A stretch of DNA of 60,078 nt, counting the filler, from Dugesia japonica (lineage: Eukaryota): NCBI GenBank assembly GCA_001938525.1. It is 4 parts of 4 records of this genome, joined end to end, with 100 filler letters (N's around TTAATTAATTAA, not from the genome) between each part and the next. Parts side by side here need not be neighbours in the genome. Positions count along the whole stretch, not along the records: positions 14,694 to 33,134 come from MQRL01177261.1; positions 33,235 to 48,344 come from MQRL01646621.1; 2 more parts are not named here. One strand, 5' to 3'. Below the pieces are notes generated by a model. The model saw nothing but the letters and a program-made list of their open reading frames with translations, was not told the DNA's origin and did no database searches. Positions 27,242-39,733 of the stretch are shown here, in pieces. The stretch's first letter is position 1; every line of letters begins with the position of its first letter. The position numbers were made by a program, and so were the translations under genes.

Positions 27242-30200
27242 AGACAACCTACTGTGTGGATACAATTTAACAAGCATAAAGTAAACGCTATGCTCGATTC
27301 TGGATCTAGTAATACAATTATATCAGGTGAATTACTAAGCTTCAAGGAAGCAATTCAAATTATACCATCAAAGGAAGTTGTAAAATCAATTACAAGGGAT
27401 ACATTGAATATTATTGGTCAAATTAAAGCAAGACTATTTATCGGATGAAAAGAAATAATACATGATGTGTTGGTTATGAAAAATAGCCCAGTAATGTGTC
27501 TAGTATGAATGGACGTAATGAGTCGATTACAAGGAATTTCAATGGAATTGTGTACAGGTAATTTGATAATAAGTGGAAGAAATAATGTCATTCATAAAAC
27601 AAATGAAGTGTTCTTAAATCAATCATTAACAATTCTACCACACACGGAAATTGTGCATTATGCTAGAACAATAACTGAAATCGATAATGACTATTTGTTT
27701 CAACCCTGTCTCAATTTGATGAAAAAATATGACACTGCAATATGTTACAAAATAGTAAATGTCAAAAATCAAGTAGTGCCAGTATGCATTAAAAAGGCTA
27801 AATTACCAAAAAATGTTAAAATATACAAGGAACCAGGCGTAGCAAGCTCAAATTTGTCTGATAGACAAAGTAAAAGATTTGACAATCTGTTAAAGCAATA
27901 TTACGAAGTATTTGCAAAGCATGAATATGAATGAGGCATAACTAATGTCATTGAATCGCAATCCATATACATACAGAGAAGAATGAGACCGGCAATTATC
28001 AGCAATGAACGAATTCGGAATTATACGTGATAGTATGTCGCCATTTTTATCATCAAGTGTAATAGTAAAGAAAAATGATTGAAATCGCAGATTATGTATT
28101 GATTATCGAAAACTGAATCAAATAACAAGAAAGGGCATATGTCCTTTACCATTGCCACAAGAAATGTTCGATTTAATTGGATAAGTTGAAATTATATCAG
28201 AAATAGATTTAAACATGGAATACAGTAAATTTGGGGTTACATTAGAAGATAAAAAGAAAACTGCATTATCAGGTGGCAAAGGGTTGTATGAGTTTAATGT
28301 GTTACCATTTCGATTAATGGAAGCACCAGCAATATTTCAAAGAGGTATAAATTTTATATTACGAGATATTTCTAATGTTTTAGTATATATTGATGATATT
28401 ATAAAATTCTCGAAAACATTTGATAGAAGTAGTACTCGAAAGATTAAAAGAAGCTAATCTTAAAATAAAACCATCAAAATGTGAATGGGGAAAAAACGAA
28501 GTTGTGTATGTTGGTCACGTAATATCAAAGCATGGATTAAAACCAAATCCAGATAATGTAGTAAATATAAGAAATTATCCAATATCAAACAGCGTCGATG
28601 ATGTTCTACAATTTTTGAGTTTGGTCAGTTATTATTGGAAGTTTATTCAAACGTTTTCTCATCTTGCTCAACCATTAAATTTATTACTCAAGAAAAAGAC
28701 AAAGTTTGTATGGGGAAAACATCAGCAAAAAGCTTATGAAATATTAAAAAAGAAACTATTGCGTGAACCAATCTTGTGTTGTCCTGATTTCTCAAAATTA
28801 TTTATATTAATGACTGATGCTAGTAATTATGCGTTGGGAGCAGTGTTAGGTCAAAAAGTTGACGGAGAGAAAAATCACGTGATTGCGTATGCAAGCAGAT
28901 CATTAAAACCACACGAGGAAAACTACTCAACAATTGAAAAAGAAACGTTAGCACTAATTTATTGAGAGACCACATTCAGGCAATATTTAATCAGCAGAAT
29001 GTTACAATGGTTAATGAAGCATAGAGATACGAACAGTAAATTAATCCGATGGTCATTAGCCTTACAGGAGCATGATTTCGAAATAAAATATCGAACAAAC
29101 AAAGCAAATACAAATACAGATACTTTATCAAGAATCAACGACAATAATGAACAGAAGCTAGAAAATATAATATTTGCGGCAATAGAGGCTTCTAATATTA
29201 CAAGTGAATTAATCAAAGAACAAGAAGAATACAAACAATTAAAATATGCTAAACAACATGTGGCAATAATCAAGGATGAGAAGCAATTGAAGGAAATCAT
29301 AAAATAAAAGCAAAGGTATTATGAATTATCTAAGAAATAATGAATTGTTAATAGTAGTACCAGAAAAGCACCGAAACTCATTAATGATGCAATATCATGA
29401 CGGTGCATTTGGAGGGCACCTCAGAGCTCGAAAAACATTATCAAAAATGAAACAAAAATATTATTGGGATACTGTGAAACTTGATGTTAAAAACTGGTAT
29501 CAGACATGTAAAGTGTGCTTAACTATAAGAAAAACCTATGCCAATACGATGGGCCCCAATGGAAATGACAGCAATGAAAGTTATAGGACCATTGCCAAAT
29601 ACAGTAAAGGGTAATAAATACATTCTAGTTTTCTGTTATTATCTCACAAGATCGTTAGAAAGTTATGCTATACCGAATCAAAAAGTAGAAACAATTGCTC
29701 AAATATTCGTAGAACATATCATATTTAAATATGGAACTCCAAAGATGTTGCTCACTGATCAAGGAGCGAACTTTCAAAGTGAATTGTTTAAAGCTATAAC
29801 ATAATTATTCGGAATACTCAAATTAAACACATCACCTTACTACCCTCAAACTGATGGACTCGTTGAAAGACTCAATGGAACTCTTATAAATATGATTTTA
29901 TCATATGTTAATCGAAAACAAAAAGATTGTGACGAATTCATTAAACCTTACTTATTTGCATACAGAAATGCAATTATACTGGAGAAACTCCTTTCTATTT
30001 AATGTACATAAGAAGAAACAATATACCTATCAATTTAAAATTTTAACAACCTATATCCCAGTATATGGAAATCCCAAATTACAAAACAATAATGCATGAA
30101 CGAATGCAATTAGCATGGACTCGAGCTGGATTAAAAATGAAATACAATCAGGAAAAAATATAATGAAGCTTATGATAAAAAGGCTCACAAGTCCTAAGTC

Positions 30201-30381
30201 TACAAACACCATTCAAAGGACCTTATGAAGTTCGTGGAAAACAGAGACAAATTTCAAATTAAAACGAATTCAAAAAAAAAGAAGCGAACCAATAATTGTG
30301 CATGCAAATCGATGCAAACAGGTTCCGAAAGAAGATAAAGAAAGATACTCATTACGAAATAAAACAAAGATAAAAGAGAAC
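27242..30381 (+). pseudogene. pol: Gypsy pol: protease, RT, RNase H, integrase
   Basis: AMLDSGS; RLCIDYRKLN; LPFRLMEAPAIFQ; LVYIDDII; LMTDASNYALGAVL; YSTIEKETLA; H..AFGGH...CKVC; LLTDQGANF; YPQTDGLVERLN; FKGPYEV. Confidence 0.95.
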
Positions 30382-30399
30382 TAAATAATTTTTCATAGA

Positions 30400-31585
30400 A
30401 TCCAAATCTCTTAGAGTTATTTGAACAAAAGCTTGTTCATTATGTGTGAAAACCAATTTCCCACCTACTGAAACTCAAGTAAGCATTCTAGAAAGAATAG
30501 ATGTCTACTCAACATATACTCAAATAATATGAAAATTTAAATACCAACTAAACGAAAAAATCATTCTTGAAAATAAACTGGAACCTTTCCCAATTTCTTC
30601 TGAAATAAATCACACCAATTCAATCTATATAAAAAACGAACTCATTATGAAATACAAATACCCTTGGATCGTCACCGAAATGGTGTCACCATAGATACAG
30701 CATTTCAAACTCCAAGGTATCATAAAAATAAATGTGTGGACAAAAGAATTTACAAACTTTGTCAATATTATACCAATACTGGAAGGTATAAACATCTTTT
30801 GGATACCAATTCAATCCATAAAAGTTTAAATAAAAATTGAAAACTATCCAATTAAAACCCTAATCCATCATAAAACCTTTGCCTATTATAACAATCTAAC
30901 AATGAATAGAAGTTATTCAGTAATAATTACTTATTCTGAAATTTTCATACTCAAAAATGGAACCTTTTCCAATAACAAGAAATCACACAATATCATTGTA
31001 TAATGAAACAAATCGAATTACGAGATTATTGCAAATGAATCATTTCAAATCTCAAGAAACTCAAAATCCGATGAAAAAGTTATCCTTCGTTACTATTCAA
31101 AGTACTCAAATGAACGTTTCATACTAGATAATAAAGGGTCTTTAGAAAAAAAATTTAATATCTTACATTTAGATAAAGTGCACCATCTCAAGGTACTCTA
31201 TCAAAAACAACAATCAAACCCTACTGATTGGCGAGCAACTTTCTCAGAAAATCTTCGAATAATTCCGGACGAACTGAACAAAGTTCTTAGTCAAACAAAC
31301 AATGTTGTTTTAACAAAGATCAATCATTCAGTGTTAAACAATTCTCTATTAACAAAAAATAAACAACTATTGAACTCATTTTATAATTTGAGCACAATGA
31401 CATCGTTAACTGATTTATATATTAACAATTCTCATGCTATCTTTCTGTGCATATTCATCGCATTATGTTTATTCGTCTCACCAATATTATTATTCATACT
31501 AATTAAAATGCTTACATCAGAACAAAGAATTTCGAAGGACTCAATGTATCAAATGGACAATATCTATATAATCTCGGAAGTATAG
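30400..31585 (+). pseudogene. Post-integrase accessory ORF with a C-terminal transmembrane helix
   Basis: ORF 31178-31585 contains AIFLCIFIALCLFVSPILLFILI; disrupted coding-like sequence lies upstream. Confidence 0.45.
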
Positions 31586-31690
31586 TGAGACAATTTTATT
31601 TATGACTTAAAATTATTTATAAATGCATTAATATGTAAAAGATGAGTTGAGAATTCTGAGTTGGGTTAGTGGGGGCGACATTTCGGGAGA

Positions 31691-31913
31691 TGATAAAAAA
31701 TAGATAAAACTCTATCACAGCAAAATATATGTGTATACGACAATGACAATGAAGGTAATATACAAGAAAGTATAGAAATATGAAATGAACTATGAGAACA
31801 AATATAAAATAATAAACATTTAAAAATTTTGAAATATACAATAAAATGCCAATATAAAATAAGAATAAATTTAATAAACGTTCATTTGGGTTTGCTCAGT
31901 TTTAAGCATGACA
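31691..31913 (+). repeat. Possible 3' LTR of the env-bearing element
   Basis: A G-rich tract (GTGGGGGCG...GGGAGA) is followed by TG...AATAAA...TGACA. No 5' partner in the window. Confidence 0.3.
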
Positions 31914-33134
31914 TTGTTAATATCAAAATTCTATATATGCATAAGTGTCTATGTGTACGTATAAAAATGTGTATATACATATCTTTATTGGTAATTAACA
32001 AATAAAATTTCGTGATAACAATTTCATAAAATCATTCCCCAAAATATTATTGATATTATTGATATTACTATAATCAATTATTGTCATTATTATTATCCAA
32101 AATATTATTGATCATCACTGTCAATAGTATTACTATTAAAGTCAAGAATAATTTTGCATATTAAATAAATTATAAATCTCATCACAAAAAAAATAATAGT
32201 ATCAATTTGAATCCTGAGGAAGTCGAGAAAGCATGGTTTCTCGATATCCCAAGATTTAGTCTAAAATAGGTTGTCAAACTAAATGAGCGTTATCGATGTG
32301 ATTATCATTTTACTATCATCATTAATTTTAAAATAATTATTTCTCAACAATAAATATTAAAAAATTATCATAATTATAGTCAGTCATACTATTAATGTTG
32401 TGGTGAAATATTGATATTATTATTAGAATAAATAAATTTTTAAAAAATGAATCTAAATAAATAAACGTATTGTTACCTAAATTCAAAAAATATATATAAA
32501 TGTGGCACACTGTCCGGAGGCAGTGTGCATATTGGTTTATGACCTTTTTAAAGGCCATATACATAAAAAAATGGACAAAAATAAAATCATAAGCAATCAT
32601 ATGATTACAAATTTTCTTATAAAAAAAATAATAAATTGGAATATATAAACAAATTGTATTAAAATTATGTATTTGGAATTTTTTGTAGTTAATTTGAAAT
32701 TAAGTGACTAAAATTTAGTATTAAGTTTATAAAATAAGTTATAATTAATATTTATAATTTAGGAAATGAAAAAATTAGTAAATTTACATAATACATAAAT
32801 TTTAATTATAATTTGTATAAGTCGATTTCATTATAATGAAATATTTATATTTCGAGGATGAAAATTTTTAAAGGGAGGAGATTTAATAAGGTTGAGTAAA
32901 TTTACATTCCAATAAAATACGAAATTAATTTACACTTGTAAAATAAAGGAATAATGATAATGATTTATGTCAAACTTGTGTCAATATGTATTATAAATGA
33001 AATTATAAGCATGTGAATGCATGTGTATATTTGAGTGCTATCAGGAACATTAAAATCTAGCAAATCTAAATAAATAAAATATTAATTAATTAATTAAAAT
33101 ATTATGTTATTAATAAGCGGAAAGATGAAAAAAA

Positions 33135-33234
33135 NNNNNNNNNNNNNNNNNNNNNNNNNNNNNNNNNNNNNNNNNNNNTTAATTAATTAANNNNNNNNNN
33201 NNNNNNNNNNNNNNNNNNNNNNNNNNNNNNNNNN
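33135..33234. other. Artificial scaffold spacer N44-TTAATTAATTAA-N44
   Basis: Same 100-nt linker. Confidence 0.95.
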
Positions 33235-34940
33235 AAACCGATTTCATTACACGGCGGTAATGAATCTAAATAGGCTAATGAATCGGGATATCAAAAAGAA
33301 CGGGGTACCGATACAATCAATTTGGTGCAAAGATTGCCTAAATGGGTTCAGGGACAACAATGCTTACGACAAGCATCAACCAATTTGCGAGCGAATACAA
33401 ACCGGCACAACANNNNNNNNNNNNNNNNNNNNNNNNNNNNNNNNNNNNNNNNNNNNNNNNNNNNNNNNNNNNNNNNNNNNNNTAATATACGCTGATTTTG
33501 AATCAGTACTCCCGGCGAATGACCGTCATTTCCAAAAACATTTACCGATTTCGGCTGAACTTTGGTTGGTAAATAATTTTACCAACGTAAGCAAATACAG
33601 CCAGTTTGTTGGAAATGACTGTATCTATGAATTTTTAAAGGCAACAGAGAATATAAGCAAAAATGTGGTGTATCCATATTACGATCGAAATGGTAAAAAG
33701 AAAATCAGGATTACACCAGCTCAGGAAGAGGAATTTAATAGGAGCACAAATTGTTATTCATGTAAAAAAGAAGATAATCGACCCAGTTCGTGATCACGAT
33801 CATTTCACAGGTCGATATAAAGGAGCAGCCTGTTCGAAATGTAATTTAAGCAGAAGATTATTAATACAACTACCGGTTGTATTTCATAATTTGAAAGGAT
33901 ATGATCTTCATCATATTCTTAAATACGNNNNNNNNNNNNNNNNNNNNNNNNNNNNNNNNNNNNNNNNNNNNNNNNNNNNNNNNNNNNNNNNNNNNNNNNN
34001 NNNNNNNNNNNNNNNNNNNNNNNNNNNNNNNNNNNNNNNNNNNNNNNNNNNNNNNNNNNNNNNNNNNNNNNNNNNNNNNNNNNNNNNNNNNNNNNNNNNN
34101 NNNNNNNNNNNNNNNNNNNNNNNNNNCGTTATAATGTCAAAGGGTATTTTTCCATATAATCTTGCTACAAGTTTGCAAGTGTTGGAAAATACCACAACAA
34201 TGCCACCAAGATGGGAGGTAGTTAGTGAGCAAGATTATGAGAAGGCGTTAGAAATGTGGACAATAACAGGATGCAACAATTTATTAGATTACANNNNNNN
34301 NNNNNNNNNNNNNNNNNNNNNNNNNNNNNNNNNNNNNNNNNNNACTTTTTTCAACAGTTCAGGGCTTAATCGATAGCAAATAATAATTTGGATCCATTAA
34401 ATTTCTTTGGAATCCCGGGTATGAGTTGGGCATCAGCATTGATGTCGTTAAAGGAGCCCATTGAACTGTTGATGGACAATGGTATACCTTTTTTGAAGGC
34501 GGTATACGAGGTGGGCTAACATTTGTAAATAAANATTATGTTGCCTCCAATGCGAACACGGAATTACTGTATATAGATATCAACAATCTATTTGAATGGG
34601 CTCTAAGTCAAAAATTACCGTATGCTGATTTGGAGTGGGTGTATAGTGGATTAGACGAAATTATTGAAGAATGTAGATCAGCAGACTTCGAGTCTCTAGC
34701 ATATAGATACACATTGGAGGTGGACATGGTTATTCCGGCTGAGATATAAGATAAGTTGAACGATTTACCTGTAGTAGCAGAACATCAAACTCCTCCAGGG
34801 TCAAAAGTGAAGAAATTATTATTGACTCATAACCCGAAATTTAATTATGTNNNNNNNNNNNNGTTGCTGCAAATGTACATAAGATTAGGAGTACAGGTAA
34901 CATCGGTTCATAGGGCGGTTAAGTTTAAACAAGCTTGGAT
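33235..34940 (+). pseudogene. Polinton pPolB (near-contiguous, gapped and frameshifted)
   Basis: IYADFES, VRDHDHFTGRYKGAACSKCNL, PVVFHNLKGYDLH, KGIFPY, GIPGMSW, GIRGG, YIDINNLF*WALSQKLP, LEVD, KKLLLT, VHRAVKFKQ. Confidence 0.92.
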
Positions 34941-36593
34941 TCTGATCGTGATGCTCTGTTCCTGCTGCTCTGTACACATCAAAGTTTATCATTACTGGTA
35001 ATAAATTTATTGTTATTAAAATAATAATATTAATTATAATATAAATTTAGTTTTCAATGATTAGACTGCTCCGTCTATTTGTACACCTACAATTCCTGCT
35101 CCGTCAGTTCATGCAGTGACAATTCCTGCTCAATTAGACATGAAAACTGTTCCGTATAGGTAATAAATTATTTTAATTATAAATTTTATGAAACAATTTA
35201 GTATTTTAGGCTATCATCAATAAAGAAATTATGAAGGGGAAGAAAAAGAATAAGAAAAGAATAAGAAAATTAAGAGAAAAGAAAAAAACAATGTGAACGA
35301 ATATCAGCCCTCTTCAGGGCTACAATTGATGATTGAAAAGTTATGTTTTTTTTATTAGTTAATTTTATTCAATTTTAGTTTTTTGTTAATTTTATTGATT
35401 TTTAGTTTAAGTTTTATTAGATTTATAAGTTTTTTATTAGATTTTAGTTTTAGTTAAATTTAGTAAAGTTTTATTTATTTTAACAGATTTTGTTTTTTAT
35501 ATATATTTTATAATAAGTTTTATTTAATAACTTGTTGTTGTTCTTATTTTATTTAATTAATTTTAAACATAACATTAAAACATGAACATGCGCACACATA
35601 CACATATAAACATACAGTAAAACATTAGGAATGCAAATAAAATAAAGACAAAACAATAGGGATGCAATGAAACAAAGCAACTATTATAAACATATTGAAA
35701 AAATAAATAAATATATAATAAATCTAGATACTATTATAGATAGATTATAATAATTTCTATTACTTCCGGAGACTTGCAATTTAGATCCATGTTGAGAGCT
35801 TTTGTTACTTTAATCTTGTCTTCTTCAANNNNNNNNNNNNNNNNNNNNNNNNNNNNNNNNNNNNNNNNNNNNNNNNNNNNNNNNNNNNNNNNNNNNNNNN
35901 NNNNNNNNNNNNNNNNNNNNNNNNNNNNNNNNNNNNNNNNNNNNNNNNNNNNNNNNNNNNNNNNNNNNNNNNNNNNNNNNNNNNNNNNNNNNNNNNNNNN
36001 NNNNNNNNNNNNNNNNNNNNNNNNNNNNNNNNNNNNNNNNNNNNNNNNNNNNNNNNNNNNNNNNNNNNNNNNNNNNNNNNNNNNNNNNNNNNNNATAAAT
36101 TCTTGAGAGTGATTGCTTTCTTCAATTTACACTGGTTCAAATATTTCTCATAATTTGTTCTTAAATGCCTGTTTTTTCTTGCAAAAATGGATGGGATACT
36201 TACATTTTCCTTGTGTAATTCTTCTTCTTTATTATCCTTGTTGCAAATTTCGATTTTCTTGATCATTTCTTTTTGTTTTGTTGATAAATTGTTTAACGTC
36301 ATTTCGCGAAAATAATGTTTTGATTACTACAAATTAGTCTTTATATATTGAATCATCTGTGTATGTGTATGTTCTTTGTTTACACGATTGGTTGTTTGCA
36401 GTATTAGTTGTTCTTTGTTTTCATACGTATATGATTGGTTATATTTACATTTCTTATTTTATTGGATAACAAAANNNNNNNNNNNNNNNNNNNNNNNNNN
36501 NNNNNNNNNNNNNNNNNNNNNNNNTATTTTATTGGATAACAAAATAGTACAAATTGCTAAAAATAATTTAATAATTTCATTATTTTCTAAGAA

Positions 36594-37053
36594 ATGAGAT
36601 AACAAGTTGAAATTATCAAAAAGGTTGCTTCTCAACAGACTTCTCAAGAAGAAGAAAAAGAACAGCAATTTTCCGATACTAAAAGTATTAATCAAGAAGA
36701 TGTTGAAACAGATTTAAATGTGATAGAAGAAGAAGATGTAACAATAGCAAAATGGATTGACCTCTTGGAAACATGCTCAAATGTTTTTTATCAAGGTTTT
36801 ATTTAATATATTTACTATATATTTATTAATATTTTTAATTTCAGAACAATTTATTGAAATATTAGAAATCCTATATCCATCACTCAGAGAAGANNNNNNN
36901 NNNNNNGCACCTGAAATGGTTTGGAACCGAATAAAAGAAATAACCGGAGTGGATATTGAAGATGCTATTGACACCTTTTATAAATTCCATGACAATCAAT
37001 GCAGACAATGCTCAAGCAGAAGAAGCCATCTAAAACGTAAATTTGTTAGTTAG
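36594..37053 (+). pseudogene. Small spliced ORF between pPolB and the putative Polinton end
   Basis: Removing the 49-nt GT-AG intron 36796-36844 joins ...TCSNVFYQ/EQFIEILEILYP in frame; C-terminal HDNQCRQC. Confidence 0.45.
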
Positions 37054-37261
37054 TGTCAGTAATAAAAAGAAGAAAATGGATGTTTAAATGTAATTTCGTT
37101 TGTTTAAATGTTTGATGTAATATTTTATTAATGTCGATAAAATTTTTATAACTTGATTTTGTTTATTTTCTTTACTTTTAAAAAAAATTTCAAAAAAAAA
37201 TTTTTAAAAAAAATTTTAAAAAAAATTTAAAAATAAAAATTTTTAAAAAAAAATTTTTAAA

Positions 37262-37636
37262 AAAAAATGATCAAGAAAAATTTTCTACTCTCCCCGGGGG
37301 GATGAGTCAGCCTGATCTAGTCATTTTTTCTTTGTTTAGTTGTACTTAGAAAATTTTTTGAAAAAGTATGACTCATGATCTAGAAAAATTTTCCTTACCC
37401 GGGGGAGAGTGATCTAGAAAAACGATGAGTCATGATCTAGAAAATGTATGAGTCATGCTCTTTGTTTTCGTATCGCGATGACTCATCCCTATGACTCATT
37501 GTCTTTGTTCTAGTCATCGATGACTCCTCGTTATGAGTCATACTTATGAGACAACGTTTTTGTCTTAGTCATCGATCGTCTTTGTTATAAATATTCTTTG
37601 TCTAGAGGGGGATATCTAGTGCGCTACTATCTACCT
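37262..37636 (-). repeat. Putative Polinton terminal inverted repeat with an AP-1 site cluster
   Basis: Ends GCGCTACTATCTACCT, whose reverse complement resembles the AGTAGATAGATAGTGGCGCAC termini. Seven TGASTCA sites; lies downstream of pPolB. Confidence 0.6.
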
Positions 37637-37899
37637 ANNNNNNNNNNNNNNNNNNNNNNNNNNNNNNNNNNNNNNNNNNNNNNNNNNNNNNNNNNNNNNN
37701 NNNNNNNNNNNNNNNNNNNNNNNNNNNNNNNNNNNNNNNNNNNNNNNNNNNNNNNNNNNNNNNNNNNNNNNNNNNNNNNNNNNNNNNNNNNNAATTTTTT
37801 ATTAATTAGCACAAAACTGTGCTAATTTATTTGAAAAAAAACTGGAATAATTTGATCCATAATCATTATTATCTATTTTTTGGACTATGTCCGTTATCG

Positions 37900-37928
37900 T
37901 ATCATTATTAATATTATCGTTATTATTA

Positions 37929-37985
<57 letters not shown>

Positions 37986-38035
37986 NNNNNNNNNNNNNNN
38001 NNNNNNNNNNNNNNNNNNNNNNNNNNNNNNNNNNN

Positions 38036-38083
<48 letters not shown>

Positions 38084-38107
38084 GTTATTATTATTATTAT
38101 TATTATA
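37900..38107. repeat. (ATT)n microsatellite
   Basis: Directly visible. Confidence 0.97.
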
Positions 38108-39662
38108 AAATTTGTATCATATTGATCCAATTATTGTTATTATTTTTATTATTAGTGTGTGTTGCGTGGACAAAGTAGAATCTACTTTGTCCGAAATTCG
38201 ACCTGGTGAAAGGGTTTCGATTCTTATATAGTGAAAAATTATTTCACTGATTTTAGTTATTACTCGAAAAAAAATTTTGTTGGAAATTCAAAAGGGATTT
38301 TATTTATTAATCGGAAAAATATTTTTTTAAAAATGGAAAAGAATATATTGAAAAAATTACTGAAGAAATTATTGAAGATTATTTGAAAAGGAAAAACTTC
38401 AAGTAAAATTCAATCAAAGCATTTGTGTATTTATTTTGCTCGCCGATTTTCTGTCCTTGCTTGATGTGGGATATGATATAATAACATAAATAATTATAAC
38501 GTGAATTTGTCAGTGATGCTTACGGTTCAGTTGTAAGAAGAGTTGCATTTTGATTTATTTTTTTTGAAGGAAACAATTAAACCAAAATTATTAGATTTGA
38601 ATAATTTCTTTGTTTCGTGATGTTTCATTAGACAATTTGTTACCATTGATAAATGCAATTAATCATGAATAAATATTTAGACCGTGAATTATATTGAGAA
38701 TATGTAGGATCAGTAAAAAATCGGAAAGGAATAAATCGAGACGAATCTTGAAGATTCCATTGGACAGAATTAAGAAATTAAACAGAAAAGAAATATGTTC
38801 AATAGTGGAAATTGTAGAAAGAGAATTAAGGGATCTTAGAATCATTGAGTTTTGAAGAACAATTAGAAGTAAAAGAAAATGATATGATATTGAAAATAGC
38901 AGATTTTTGGTGAAAGATTTATCACTTGAAGAAACAATTTGAAACGATTTTATTATTCCAGAACTTGTATATAATAATTTAGAGTGCGGAAATAAAATAA
39001 TAAATTTAATCGGGATGTTAAATACATCAGAAACTAAACTCACATTAGGACGTGGAAATAAATAATAATAATAATGAAATTGAATGATGTATTGAATGAA
39101 GAGAATGGAAAATTTTAACGAAAAATTGATAAAATGTTGTTCTTCCTTTCATTGCAGTGATGTATCGGTTAATGTTTTTTATTGAATTATATTTTGGTTT
39201 TAATTAAGTGATTTATTTTAAAGTGGTTTAGTTTAAATTTATTTGAACGTCTTTTCATTCATTTTTTTTGATGAAATACCAAAATTCACTGACAAAAGAA
39301 TTTACTAATTCTAACATTTCAACATTCAAATTTTAAATTATAATTTTTTTTTAATGAATTCGTTAGCGATAATTAATAAATTCAAATTTTTATGGTGATA
39401 TACTCATATATATACTCATAGAAAGCATTTTTTTAAGACGGAGTTCCACTTTGGTCCGCTGGACCCGAACCAAAAGCACAGTTACTGTAATCCCGTAACA
39501 AGGAGTCACCGGAACCAAACCGAGAGCGTGTAGAGGATACACGACGCTAAATGCTTGTGGTTTTCACGAGTATGCCCCTACTAAGAAAAATAAATTATTA
39601 TAAACTCGTGGANNNNNNNNNNNNNNNNNNNNNNNNNNNNNNNNNNNNNNNNNNNNNNNNNN

Positions 39663-39717
<55 letters not shown>

Positions 39718-39733
39718 TAAAAATAATAATAAT
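39663..39733. repeat. (AAT)n microsatellite
   Basis: Directly visible. Confidence 0.95.

Larger units (their letters stand above)
23753..31912 (+). mobile_element. Env-bearing Ty3/Gypsy element, order X-Env-PR-RT-RH-IN-ORF-(LTR), 5' truncated and decayed
   Basis: Co-directional contiguous domains, described in the sub-features below. Integrase after RNase H is the Gypsy/BEL order, and the RT/RH motifs are Gypsy-like. Confidence 0.8.

Noticed and set aside
37880-38130. Poly-Ile/Leu/Asn/Tyr ORFs (also 39551-39823 and 42101-42313)
   Set aside because: They are translations of (ATT)n microsatellites and N runs.
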